Positions 29,248 through 39,034 of a stretch of DNA of 43,859 bases are shown one piece after another (within the stretch, counting starts at the first letter, position 1; every line of letters begins with the position of its first letter). The DNA is taken from assembly GCA_964432125.1 (NCBI GenBank), contig CAYSMO010000003.1, forward strand, positions 1 through 43,859, read 5' to 3'. Under the pieces are notes generated by a model that had not been told where the DNA came from, did not search any database, and saw nothing but the letters and a program-made list of their open reading frames with translations. Position numbers and translations under genes: made by a program. Source of the stretch: an uncultured Bacteroidaceae bacterium. Its GTDB lineage: Bacteria; Bacteroidota; Bacteroidia; Bacteroidales; GCA-2748055.

Positions 29248-29922
29248 TTATGTATAATCCCGTGGGCCAAATATTAAACTACCAATGCGGATCATATTGC
29301 TACCCTCTTCTATCGCTATCAGATAATCATTGGACATTCCCATAGATAAAATTGAAAAGGCTGACTTCTCTCTGTAATAATCCGCTTTTACCTTGTCAAA
29401 TATACGTTTTAGATTTCTAAACTCCTTCCTGACAGCATCAAAATCATCTGTAAAAGTGGCCATCCCCATCATTCCCATAATGTTGATATGCTCCATTTCC
29501 CTATATTCCACAGACTCAAGAATCTCCTCCAGTTCGCTCTGATCAAGCCCAAATTTTGAATCCTCAGCTGCAATATGAATTTGAAATAGACAATTGATCA
29601 CCCGACTGTTCTTTTTTCCCTCCTTATTAAGAGTCCTGAGCAATTTAAAGCTGTCAACACCATGAACCAAATAAACAAAGGGAGCGATATATTTGACCTT
29701 GTTGGTCTGCAAATGTCCGATCATATGCCACCTGATCGTTCCTGAAAGTTGTTCTTGCTTATTGACCAGTTCCTGCACCTTGTTTTCACCAAAGTCCAGG
29801 TGACCGGCATTAAGCAGATCCTTTATCATCTCCGGTGGTTTGGTTTTCGATACAGCGACCAGAGTGACATCTTCCGGGACCGATTCTGTGATATTTTTCA
29901 AATTTTGTATGAGATCCATCAT
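29248..29922 (-). CDS. yggS: PLP homeostasis protein (YggS/PLPBP)
   Basis: VAVSKTK, FGENKVQE, WHMIGHLQTNK, LSMGMSND, RIGSLIFG. Confidence 0.96.
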   Translation of the reverse strand: MMDLIQNLKNITESVPEDVTLVAVSKTKPPEMIKDLLNAGHLDFGENKVQELVNKQEQLSGTIRWHMIGHLQTNKVKYIAPFVYLVHGVDSFKLLRTLNKEGKKNSRVINCLFQIHIAAEDSKFGLDQSELEEILESVEYREMEHINIMGMMGMATFTDDFDAVRKEFRNLKRIFDKVKADYYREKSAFSILSMGMSNDYLIAIEEGSNMIRIGSLIFGPRDYT

Positions 29923-29925
29923 CTA

Positions 29926-31173
29926 TTATTCCAGGGAGTGAACAACCAGTCCACTTCGTAATTTTGGTTCGAACCAAGTTGTTTTTGGAGGCATAATCAG
30001 ATCATTGTCAGCAATATCCATTAGCTGTTTCATTGAAACCGGGTACAATGCAAAGGCTACCTCCATGGTTCCCTGGTCAACTAACTTTTTCAGCTCTTCC
30101 AATCCTCTGATTCCTCCAACAAAGTCAATTCGGGTAGATTTCCTTAAATCGGTTATATTAAGTACCGGTCCAAGCACCTGTTCAGATAAAATTGTAACAT
30201 CCAGGCAACCTATGGGGTCGTCGTCATTAAAGGTTGAGGGCCTTGCTTTAAGTGAGAACCAATTTCCTTCAAGATACATACTAAATGTATGTTGCTCCTG
30301 GGGTTTATAGATCTCTTTACCGATCTGCTTCACTTCGAAACCTTTATCCAACTCTCCAAGAAACTGTTTTGGAGTCAGGTCATTCAAATCAGTAACTACC
30401 CGGTTATAATCGATTATCGTAAGTTGGGATGCAGGAAAATTCACCGATAGAAAATAATTATATTCCTCCTTTCCGGTGTGTGCCTGATTATTTTTCTTTC
30501 TCTCATTTCCTACGAGAGCTGCAGCAGCTGTACGATGGTGACCATCTGCAACATATACAAAAGGAACATCCCGCTCGAAGAATTGAGCAATAGCATGAAC
30601 ATCCTTTTCATCATCGATCATCCAGAAGTGATGCCCCACCCCATCATCCGTTTCAAAATCATACACCGGATCGCTTTTGATAACCTTGCTAATAATGGTA
30701 TCAATACCCTTGTGATCGGGATAGGCAAAGAAAACAGGTTCGGCGTTAAAGCTGGTAACCCTGATGTGGTTCATTCTATCCTCTTCCTTATCAGGTCGCG
30801 TGAGTTCATGTTTCTTTATAACTTCATTCATATAATCATCGACCGAGGCACATCCTACCAATCCATATTGTGTTTTCCCAAACATGGTTTGTGCGTAAAC
30901 ATAAAACAGATCCTTCTCGTCTTGCACAAAGAAACCATCAGATATTAATTGGTCAAGATTCTCTTTTGCCTTAAGATACACCTGGTCAGAATGAATATCG
31001 ATTGATTCATCCAGGTCAATCTCAGGTTTTACCACATGGAGGAAAGAGTGTGGGTTTCCTTGCACCTCCTGCCGTGCTTCCGCTGAATTCAATACATCAT
31101 AAGGTCTGGAAGCGACATCCTTTACATACTCTACCGGGGGGCGAAACCCCTTAAAAGGTTTTATAACTGCCAT
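29926..31173 (-). CDS. DUF1015 family protein (ParB/Srx-like fold)
   Basis: IKPFKG, PYDV, KKHELTR, YVADGHHR, MPPKTTWFEPKLRSGL. Confidence 0.9.
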   Translation of the reverse strand: MAVIKPFKGFRPPVEYVKDVASRPYDVLNSAEARQEVQGNPHSFLHVVKPEIDLDESIDIHSDQVYLKAKENLDQLISDGFFVQDEKDLFYVYAQTMFGKTQYGLVGCASVDDYMNEVIKKHELTRPDKEEDRMNHIRVTSFNAEPVFFAYPDHKGIDTIISKVIKSDPVYDFETDDGVGHHFWMIDDEKDVHAIAQFFERDVPFVYVADGHHRTAAAALVGNERKKNNQAHTGKEEYNYFLSVNFPASQLTIIDYNRVVTDLNDLTPKQFLGELDKGFEVKQIGKEIYKPQEQHTFSMYLEGNWFSLKARPSTFNDDDPIGCLDVTILSEQVLGPVLNITDLRKSTRIDFVGGIRGLEELKKLVDQGTMEVAFALYPVSMKQLMDIADNDLIMPPKTTWFEPKLRSGLVVHSLE

Positions 31174-31196
31174 AATGGAAATATTATAGAAAGATA

Positions 31197-32117
31197 CTAA
31201 TTCACTTTAAAAGTCACATCATTTTTATCAATAAAGGCCACGATCTGTTTTGCTGCGGCAACACCTGCATTCAGATTTGCCTCTGCGGTCTGAGCTCCCA
31301 TCTTCTTGGGAGTAAAGAAAGACCTATCGGGAAATTTCTGTTCAAGTTCATCCATGCAGTCAGGTGCTATATCTGACAAATAGCGAAAATCTTCTCTTTT
31401 CTCCATCAATGCCATCAGCGAAGGTTCATCGATAACCTCCTTTCGTGCTGTGTTGACCAATGTTGCACCTTTGGGCATAAGTGCCAATAATTTTTCGTTA
31501 ATTGATAAACGGGTTTGCTCGTTGGCTGGAATATGTAATGAAACATATTGGCATTCTGAGTAGAGCTCTTCCACGGTACTGAGACATGTAACTCCATCGT
31601 TTTCAATAACCACCTTCTCAACATACGGATCATAGGCAAATACCTTCATTCCTAATCCCCTGGCAATATGTGCAACGATTCGTCCCACATAGCCATAGGC
31701 ATGAATACCAAGCTTTTTTCCGCGCAGCTCAGTTCCTGAGGTTCCATTGAAACGATTACGGATCAAATAGATCAACATGCCAAATACCAGTTCGGCCACG
31801 GCATTGGAATTTTGTCCGGGTGTATTCATCACCGTTACATTATTCTCCGCTGCTGCTGTCAGATCAACATTATCGTATCCTGCACCTGCCCGAACCACAA
31901 TCTTCAATTCAGGGGCCGACTTGATTACTTCATTGTCGATGATATCGCTACGTATGATTATTCCATGTACATCCGAAACTGCATCAAGAAGCTCCTGCTT
32001 CTTCGTGTATTTTTCCAATATTTTTATTTCATATCCGGCTGCATCAAAAACCTGTTTTACTTCGTCTACAGCCTGTTTTGAAAAAGGCTTCTCTGTTGCG
32101 ATCAATATTTTTGTCAT
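31197..32117 (-). CDS. serA: D-3-phosphoglycerate dehydrogenase, short type III
   Basis: IRSD, VRAGAGYDNVD, NTPGQN, NTAR, TPKKMGAQT; no ACT domain; directly follows serC. Confidence 0.88.
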   Translation of the reverse strand: MTKILIATEKPFSKQAVDEVKQVFDAAGYEIKILEKYTKKQELLDAVSDVHGIIIRSDIIDNEVIKSAPELKIVVRAGAGYDNVDLTAAAENNVTVMNTPGQNSNAVAELVFGMLIYLIRNRFNGTSGTELRGKKLGIHAYGYVGRIVAHIARGLGMKVFAYDPYVEKVVIENDGVTCLSTVEELYSECQYVSLHIPANEQTRLSINEKLLALMPKGATLVNTARKEVIDEPSLMALMEKREDFRYLSDIAPDCMDELEQKFPDRSFFTPKKMGAQTAEANLNAGVAAAKQIVAFIDKNDVTFKVN

Positions 32118-32128
32118 GTTTTGAGGTA

Positions 32129-33199
32129 TTAATTATTTTGTTCAAATTCTTTCATGGCATTCACTAACGCCTGAACGCTTGCTAACGGCATCGCATTATA
32201 AATAGATGCGCGAAAACCCCCAACGGAGCGATGACCTTTCAATCCCACCATTCCCTGCTCTGTTGCAAAGTTAAGAAAACCGGCCTCCAATTCCTTATAA
32301 TTATCATTCATTACAAAAGTTACATTCATAATGGAACGGTCAGCTTCATCTTTTACATTGGGCTGGAATAATTTATTTCTGTCGATCTCATCATAAAGCA
32401 GTCCGGCTTTTTCCATATTCTTCTCATATATTTTTGCCAGGCCACCTTGTTGCTTATACCACTCAAGTGTTTTCAATGCAGCGTAGACCGGCACCACAGG
32501 TGGTGTGTTAAACATCGACTCATTTTCTATATGTGTTTTATAATTTAGCATGGTTGGAATAGGACGATCGACTCTGCCAAGTATATCATCCTTCACAATC
32601 ACAAAAGCCACGCCGGATGGGGCCAGGTTCTTTTGTGCTCCACCATAGATAAGCGCATATTTTGAAACATCCATCGGACGGCTGAAAATATCGGACGACA
32701 TATCCGCTACCAAGGGTACATCTGAATCAATATCCTTCCTGATCTCAGTTCCATAAATGGTGTTGTTTGTTGTGATATGGAAATAATCAGCATCCGAGGG
32801 TATTTTATAGTCTTTTGGAATATAGGAGTATACAGACTCTTTTGATGAAGCAACAACATCAACTTCGCCAAACACCTTTGCCTCCTTAATTGCTTTGGAA
32901 GCCCAGGAGCCCGTGTCCAGATATGCTGCCTTCTTTAAGAAGAGGTTGTAAGGGACCATACAAAACTGCATGCTTGCTCCTCCCTGCAGGAACAAAACAG
33001 AATACCCTTCAGGTATATCGAGCAACTCCCTAAACATCTGTTGCGCCTTCTCCATTACAGAAATAAACTCTTTGCTTCTATGAGATATTTCCATGATCGA
33101 CAATCCTGCACCTTCAAATTCAAGGATAGCATCGGCGGTATTTCTGATCGTGTAGTCCGATAAAATGGAAGGTCCTGCGTAAAAATTGTGCTTCTTCAT
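32129..33199 (-). CDS. serC: Phosphoserine aminotransferase
   Basis: NFYAGP, EISHRS, QGGAS, DMSSD, GAQKN (PLP Lys), [15 protein letters not shown]; probable start MKKHNF at 33199. Confidence 0.98.
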   Translation of the reverse strand: MKKHNFYAGPSILSDYTIRNTADAILEFEGAGLSIMEISHRSKEFISVMEKAQQMFRELLDIPEGYSVLFLQGGASMQFCMVPYNLFLKKAAYLDTGSWASKAIKEAKVFGEVDVVASSKESVYSYIPKDYKIPSDADYFHITTNNTIYGTEIRKDIDSDVPLVADMSSDIFSRPMDVSKYALIYGGAQKNLAPSGVAFVIVKDDILGRVDRPIPTMLNYKTHIENESMFNTPPVVPVYAALKTLEWYKQQGGLAKIYEKNMEKAGLLYDEIDRNKLFQPNVKDEADRSIMNVTFVMNDNYKELEAGFLNFATEQGMVGLKGHRSVGGFRASIYNAMPLASVQALVNAMKEFEQNN

Positions 33200-33330
33200 C
33201 GTAAATGTTGTTTTAAAAGATTTGTTTTGAAATATAATATCGTTATTAAAATAACAGTAAAGATAGTTATTCATAAAACTATCACAAAAACATTATTTTT
33301 TAGTTATAAACTAAAAGTTAACAATCGGTT

Positions 33331-34053
33331 TTAGTCTAAATTATTAATAACCGTCACGCAGTTCTTCTTGAAAACCGGTATTAAACTGGTTTTATCCTTT
33401 TCATGACAATATCCAATAACATCATCCAGGCCATTCTTTCTTAACCGCTGGGTTTGTGCAACTTTCTCGATATAATCCATCATATTATTTTTTGCGAGAT
33501 CGTATAAATCCATGGCTCCATGGGTTGAATCGCATATAGTGGCATATCCATTATTCCTCAATACCATCTGTGCCAGTGCACCTGCGAACATGCTATCCTC
33601 CAGGTTAAATTTATTTTTCCATCCGGCGCATAGAATCAAAAGGTCGCGATCACTGGCTACAATATAATCGGCAACTGCAGAAATATTTAAATAAGCTCCG
33701 ATCAAAACTTCGTGCCCGCTGCTCGCCATTTGAATGGCCTGTGTCCCGTTAGTTGTGGAATAGACAATTTCCCTGCCCTGAACATTTTCTGGGCTAAAAT
33801 TATATGGAGAATTACCAAAATCTGCAAAATCCCTTACAATTCCGTCTCGCTCGGCCGCTACCATATATCCATTTTTCTTGTAGTTCTTGGCTTCCTCAAG
33901 CGTTCCGACCGGAATAATACGTTTGACACCATTCATAAAAGCAGTAACTATTGCTGAGCTTGCTCTAAGAATATCAGTAACTACTACTATAGCATCTCTG
34001 TTCTCATATTCGCTATAAAGGGCCGGACTAAAACAAACTTCTACGTACCTCAT
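33331..34053 (-). CDS. comB: 2-phosphosulfolactate phosphatase family protein
   Basis: DILRASS, AERDG, GNSP, STTNGT, LCAGW, LEDS motifs. Confidence 0.9.
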   Translation of the reverse strand: MRYVEVCFSPALYSEYENRDAIVVVTDILRASSAIVTAFMNGVKRIIPVGTLEEAKNYKKNGYMVAAERDGIVRDFADFGNSPYNFSPENVQGREIVYSTTNGTQAIQMASSGHEVLIGAYLNISAVADYIVASDRDLLILCAGWKNKFNLEDSMFAGALAQMVLRNNGYATICDSTHGAMDLYDLAKNNMMDYIEKVAQTQRLRKNGLDDVIGYCHEKDKTSLIPVFKKNCVTVINNLD

Positions 34054-34063
34054 TAATCCTAAC

Positions 34064-35155
34064 TTATTCCTGTGTAATAAATGGTGGTTTTACAACGGAT
34101 GCACGAATCAGGTTGTTTCTGATACCAATAAAGATGGTTGTACCGGGTATGGAAAAATCCGTCTTTACATACCCTAAGCCGATGGCTTTGGAGGTGAAAG
34201 GCGACATGGTACCGGAGGTAACCCTGCCGATCTGTAGCCCGCTTTCATTCATGATGGGATAGTCTTTTCTTGGTATACCTCTGTCATTTAACTCGAAACC
34301 AACCAGTTTTTTCTTAAATCCTTCTTCCTTTTGATGCTCAAGATATTTCCTGTCGATAAAATCATTTCCTTCAACAAATTTTGTTATCCAGTTCAATCCG
34401 GCTTCCAGGGGAGAGGTTGAATCATCAATGTCATTCCCATACAGACAAAAGCCCATCTCCAACCGAAGTGTATCCCTGGAGGCCAATCCAGCAGGTTGAA
34501 TATCATACTCCTTTCCTGCATCCATCAGTGCATAGAGAATCGACGGACCATCAGAATTGCCAAAATATAGTTCAAATCCTCCGGCTCCGGTATAACCGGT
34601 ATGGCTGAGGATAACATTATTCTTGCCGGCCAGATCACCAATTACAAAATCATAATAAGGAATCTTATCCAGTTGAACCGTTGAAATTTTTTGAAGCACT
34701 TTTGTAGCATCTGGTCCCTGAACTGCCAGTTGACTCATACTGTCTGATGCATTGGTTAGCACAACTCCCATGTCATTGTTTTTTAGAAGCCAGTCCCAAT
34801 CCTTTTGTGTATTAGCAGCATTGACTACTAGAAGATACCTGTTTTGTTCAAACATATAGACCAGCAGATCATCAACAATTCCCCCTGTGCCGTTGGGAAA
34901 GCAAGAGTACTGTATTTTTCCGGGTGTGAGTTTTTTTATGTTATTACTTGTTACATACTGAACAAACGCCTGTGCATTTTCACCTTCAACCCATATCTCG
35001 CCCATATGAGAAACATCAAAAACCGCAACCTTCGTTCGCACGTGATTATGCTCATGTCTAACCCCTGAAAATTCAACTGGCATCTCAAATCCGGCAAAGG
35101 GAACCATGCGTCCTCCCATTTTGATATGGTCATTGTGAAAAACAGTCCTTTTCAT
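34064..35155 (-). CDS. gcvT: Glycine cleavage system aminomethyltransferase T
   Basis: MVPFAGFEMPV, FDVSHMG, TGYTG, RDTLRLEMG, YGND, GRVTSG; probable start at 35155. Confidence 0.98.
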   Translation of the reverse strand: MKRTVFHNDHIKMGGRMVPFAGFEMPVEFSGVRHEHNHVRTKVAVFDVSHMGEIWVEGENAQAFVQYVTSNNIKKLTPGKIQYSCFPNGTGGIVDDLLVYMFEQNRYLLVVNAANTQKDWDWLLKNNDMGVVLTNASDSMSQLAVQGPDATKVLQKISTVQLDKIPYYDFVIGDLAGKNNVILSHTGYTGAGGFELYFGNSDGPSILYALMDAGKEYDIQPAGLASRDTLRLEMGFCLYGNDIDDSTSPLEAGLNWITKFVEGNDFIDRKYLEHQKEEGFKKKLVGFELNDRGIPRKDYPIMNESGLQIGRVTSGTMSPFTSKAIGLGYVKTDFSIPGTTIFIGIRNNLIRASVVKPPFITQE

Positions 35156-35284
35156 AAAAAACAATTTATTTTAAATATGTAATAAAATCTCCATGTAACT
35201 AAATTATTTATCTAATAATACTCGTGAGGAGTAAGAACAAGTTTGCGATAAACAGATGCTGAAAACAATTCTGTTTTACCAGAG

Positions 35285-35292
35285 CAAAAGTA
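35285..35292 (-). promoter_or_regulatory. Sigma-A -7 element upstream of gcvT
   Basis: TACTTTTG on the minus strand, ~130 nt upstream of gcvT. Confidence 0.5.
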
Positions 35293-35349
35293 GCATTTTC
35301 GGCTATGAAAACAGTTGTTTAAGACCAGGATGTTTTAATGCGGAACTAA

Positions 35350-37434
35350 TTACTTGCTCAGCACTTTAAACTCAACCCTCCTGTTCATCTCTCGTCCTTC
35401 TGGAGTATCATTGCCTACAACCGGTTGGGTGTCTGCATATCCTTTGTACTCCAAACGATTAGTTGGAATACCTCTGCCTATCAAATACTCGACCACTGCT
35501 TTGGCTCTTGCTTCCGAAAGGGTTGTATTGATCCTGAGCGATCCAGTATTATCTGTATGTCCGGATATTTCAAGTCTCACTGATTCATTGTTCTCAAGGA
35601 ACCTGACAACCTGGTCGAGTGCTTCGTAAGAATCGACTGTCAACACAGACTTCCCTGTCTCGAAATAGATGTTATCCAACACCACTTTAGTACCAACCTC
35701 GATTCGTTGCAGATAAAAATTACGTTCAGCAGGTTCATCCGGATTCAGCGATGAGAGATCCAATATATCCAGATAGTACAGATAACCTGTTGCATTGATC
35801 TCAACTCCATAAACCTTTGGTGATGGTATTCTTGTCCTGTATAAGCCATCCGGTCCGGTCATCGTCTTTGCAACAACCTCTCCTGTAGCAGGATCCATAA
35901 AACTCAGTCCGGCCAAAACGACTGTATCTGCTCCTCCGATGGTATCTCTCACCTGTCCCGAAAGTAAGAGTGTTGTATCAATGTTCAATAATTCAGGCAT
36001 TGTAAGAAAAGGATCGCGTTCTGTAAAATCCACTCCCGCAATCAATTGATCTCGCTGAAGGGTAGAAATCTCTTTTTCTGAACCCAGAAAAATGATTTTG
36101 TAGATATCTTTACCACCAAAACCACCATCGCGTATAGCTGAGTAATAACCGTATACCTGGCTGGTATCTGTTACATAAAAGATCTCATCATCCGGAGTAT
36201 TGATTGGATAACCCATATTTTCAGGCTTGCCCCAGGTGCCATCATCATCAAGTTCACTTTTGAAAATATCATATCCTCCCATTGAGGTATGTCCTCTTGA
36301 TCCAAAATACATTGTCTGCCCATCGTTGGAAAGATAAACTCCTTCTTCGTCATATAATGAATTAATCATGCTCCCAAGGTTTACAGGATCTCCCCATTTA
36401 CCTTTTGCGTTCATCCTGGAAACAAAAATATCTTTACCTCCATACGACAGTTCAGGATAGGATGAAACAAAATATAGCTCTCTGCCACCAGGTGCCAACG
36501 CTGCGGTGGTCTCAAGAGCATCAGAACCAATGCTTTTGGAAAGTGATTTAGGTCTTTTCCATTTATCCTTTTCAGGATTAAAGAATACTTGCTGAATATC
36601 TCCTCCATTTTCACTTCCAACATAGATAAATACGGAAAGCCCATCGGGTGCGACACCCACAAGAGAATTGTTGCCCTTTATATCGAATGGTTTTCCCAGC
36701 GAATATGCGGCACGGAATTCACCATCAACAACGGGGCTTACAAAAACACTTTCATAATACTTATTGTCAAGTTCACTGCGTTTGGTTTTTTTATGAGCGG
36801 GCCGTCGGCTGGTAAAAAACAGTGCAGTATCATTGTAAGCGAATCTGGCGTTATAGTCATCATACTGGGAGTTCACCTGTTCCCCCAGGTTCTGAATTAT
36901 CACCCTTTTAGGTTCACTAACAAGGGTTTTGCCATGATTACACTGAATGATCAGGTGATTGACCTTATTAATCACAGATACGATCTCCTCATCAGCAGAG
37001 AGACCGTCCTTGTATTCCCTGTAAAACCTGATCGCCTTATCAAACTCTTCCGTCAGGTGATATGCTCTTCCAATCAACAGGCGGACCTCATGACTGACGT
37101 CAGGTTTAAGTTCAAAGGCTGTCAACAGGTAGTCTATAGCTTTTCGCTTTTCATCGCCCAAAAGATAACATATACCAATCTTGTAATTCAACTCAGCATT
37201 ATAACCATTATATTCATTTGCAAAAAGGTAATGATCACGCGCAAGATTAATAGTCCCCAATCCCTGCTCATAATACTTGTCTCCCTCTTTAATGCTCTTC
37301 CACGCCTCTTTAAAGCCGGTGGTTTGGTCAGTATTCCTGAATTCCTTCTTTTTAATAACGACCTCCTCCTGGGCAAAGATAGCGGAAGTTAAAAAAACGA
37401 TACCTATGAACAGGACTGCTTTTCTGATATTCAT
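35350..37434 (-). CDS. PorE-like protein: TPR + PD40 beta-propeller + carboxypeptidase-regulatory-like + OmpA peptidoglycan-binding domain
   Basis: LFFTSRR, LYFVS..GGKDIF, MYFGS..GGYDIF repeats; NIYFETGKS, GHTDNTG, LSEARA, NRRVEF; signal peptide ending FA-Q. Confidence 0.92.
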   Translation of the reverse strand: MNIRKAVLFIGIVFLTSAIFAQEEVVIKKKEFRNTDQTTGFKEAWKSIKEGDKYYEQGLGTINLARDHYLFANEYNGYNAELNYKIGICYLLGDEKRKAIDYLLTAFELKPDVSHEVRLLIGRAYHLTEEFDKAIRFYREYKDGLSADEEIVSVINKVNHLIIQCNHGKTLVSEPKRVIIQNLGEQVNSQYDDYNARFAYNDTALFFTSRRPAHKKTKRSELDNKYYESVFVSPVVDGEFRAAYSLGKPFDIKGNNSLVGVAPDGLSVFIYVGSENGGDIQQVFFNPEKDKWKRPKSLSKSIGSDALETTAALAPGGRELYFVSSYPELSYGGKDIFVSRMNAKGKWGDPVNLGSMINSLYDEEGVYLSNDGQTMYFGSRGHTSMGGYDIFKSELDDDGTWGKPENMGYPINTPDDEIFYVTDTSQVYGYYSAIRDGGFGGKDIYKIIFLGSEKEISTLQRDQLIAGVDFTERDPFLTMPELLNIDTTLLLSGQVRDTIGGADTVVLAGLSFMDPATGEVVAKTMTGPDGLYRTRIPSPKVYGVEINATGYLYYLDILDLSSLNPDEPAERNFYLQRIEVGTKVVLDNIYFETGKSVLTVDSYEALDQVVRFLENNESVRLEISGHTDNTGSLRINTTLSEARAKAVVEYLIGRGIPTNRLEYKGYADTQPVVGNDTPEGREMNRRVEFKVLSK

Positions 37435-37448
37435 GATCGCCTCTATTT

Positions 37449-38483
37449 TTATTTACACTCTTTTAAATATTCGGAAGCCTGACTTTCTCCCAGGTCCAGC
37501 GCCTTTTTCCAATCATCACACGCACCCATAACATCCCCATTCATCTCCTTCACCAACCCTCGATTGAGGTAAAGCACCCCTGTCTGAGGATTTCTCTGAA
37601 TTATTGCATCCAATATTTCAATCGCTGACTGATGCTCATTCCACATTGCAAAAACACTCGCACGGTTCAGATGTGCCTCCATAAAATCGGGCTGTAGTTC
37701 AATGGCCTTTAAAAAATCGTTCATAGCTGTATCCAACTCATTCATCTGGTAGAAGGCATAACCTCTGTTATTATAGGCGAGAGAAAGTTCAGTATCCTGC
37801 TCGATTGCTGTAGAGTAATCTGAAATCGCTCCATCAAAATCACCCATAACCAACTTAACTGATCCCATGTTATTGTAAGCGAGAGGAAACTGTTCCATAT
37901 AGTTCACAGCCGACTTATAATCGTATAAAGCTCCATTATAGTCACCCATTTTTCGCTTGATTCCTGCACGGTCATGATATGCCAGGGCAAAATCTTCTTT
38001 GATTCGTATCGCCTTGTCAAAACTAATTAAAGCTTTATCATTCTCATGATTCAGCAAGTGATTCAATCCAATATAATAATGGGTTTCTGCCATCTCAAAA
38101 CCCTTATCGCGTGACATTTCGAGTAACTCCAAGCTTTTTCCGGTTGTGTCAATTCCAAACATTAAATAACCTTTGTAAAAATAGGACTCTCCATTATCCG
38201 GATCATATTGAATGGCTTTGTCGAAGTCTGCCATTGCCTCATCATACTTATCCATAACGGCTTTTACCCTTCCCCTCTGTAAATAAGCCAGTGAATTTGT
38301 TTCATCCAATGCCAGACATTCATTAAACAGCAAAACTGCTTCCATGTAATTCTGATCCGCTAACTGCTCAATTCCTGCATTGTAGAACCGCTTGACATCC
38401 CGCTTTTCCTTAACCGATAATTGGGCCTGACCCAAAAAAGTAAAGAGCAATAGAAAGGATGTAATTGTAATGGATTTTTTCAT
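37449..38483 (-). CDS. Tetratricopeptide repeat protein (secreted/periplasmic)
   Basis: Regular TPRs (AYLQRG, AYHDRA, AYNNMG, AYNNRG, YLNRG); signal peptide from probable start 38483. Confidence 0.9.
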   Translation of the reverse strand: MKKSITITSFLLLFTFLGQAQLSVKEKRDVKRFYNAGIEQLADQNYMEAVLLFNECLALDETNSLAYLQRGRVKAVMDKYDEAMADFDKAIQYDPDNGESYFYKGYLMFGIDTTGKSLELLEMSRDKGFEMAETHYYIGLNHLLNHENDKALISFDKAIRIKEDFALAYHDRAGIKRKMGDYNGALYDYKSAVNYMEQFPLAYNNMGSVKLVMGDFDGAISDYSTAIEQDTELSLAYNNRGYAFYQMNELDTAMNDFLKAIELQPDFMEAHLNRASVFAMWNEHQSAIEILDAIIQRNPQTGVLYLNRGLVKEMNGDVMGACDDWKKALDLGESQASEYLKECK

Positions 38484-38686
38484 GTTAACCCTGATTTTTG
38501 CATCATTCATACTATAAAGTACCCCTATACACTCGTTAAAACAATTGTTCTAACACAGCAAAAAAAACAAACACTTCTACATTATACTAAAATAAATGTA
38601 AAAGGGTTTCATTTCTAAAAATAAAAAAATAAATTTAGAGTTTAAAAGATAGTTATTAACCGTTATTGAAAATACGAATTCTATTT

Positions 38687-39034
38687 ATGATTACTGATCT
38701 CTCATACCTCGAATCAATGTCTGGCAATAACAGGGATTTTATTGCTGAAATGGTATCTATTTTTAAGGGACAGCTAGATGAGTACATGATTCAATTACCT
38801 GACTTACTGAAGAATTCTGATTTTGAAAACCTGTCAAAGGTCGCCCATAAGGCAAAATCATCTGTAGCAGTGATGGGGATGACCAAAGAAGCTGAATTAA
38901 TGAAAAATTTAGAAATCTTTGCCAAAAACAAAATAGAAGTCAACACCTACAAAGGATTGATCGATACTTTTATAAAAAATTCAGGTTTAGCATTGCATGA
39001 ATTGGATGAGTATTTAAAAAACAAGCAATCATGA
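38687..39034 (+). CDS. Stand-alone Hpt (histidine phosphotransfer) domain protein
   Basis: DLSYL..M, AHKAKSS..MG Hpt motif; probable ATG 38687. Confidence 0.88.
   Translation: MITDLSYLESMSGNNRDFIAEMVSIFKGQLDEYMIQLPDLLKNSDFENLSKVAHKAKSSVAVMGMTKEAELMKNLEIFAKNKIEVNTYKGLIDTFIKNSGLALHELDEYLKNKQS

Noticed and set aside
35156-35349. Glycine riboswitch upstream of gcvT
   Set aside because: The leader is AT-rich with only short hairpins; the GGAGA...CGAAG...CTCTCAGG aptamer core is absent.
36589-37392. 267-aa antisense ORF (and the many similar 60-210 aa shadow ORFs)
   Set aside because: They are antisense or off-frame to confident genes, with no recognisable domains.
38645-38657. 13-mer AAAGATAGTTATT shared with 33259-33271
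   Set aside because: On the minus strand it resembles the housekeeping promoter element in AT-rich DNA; two copies do not support a regulon.
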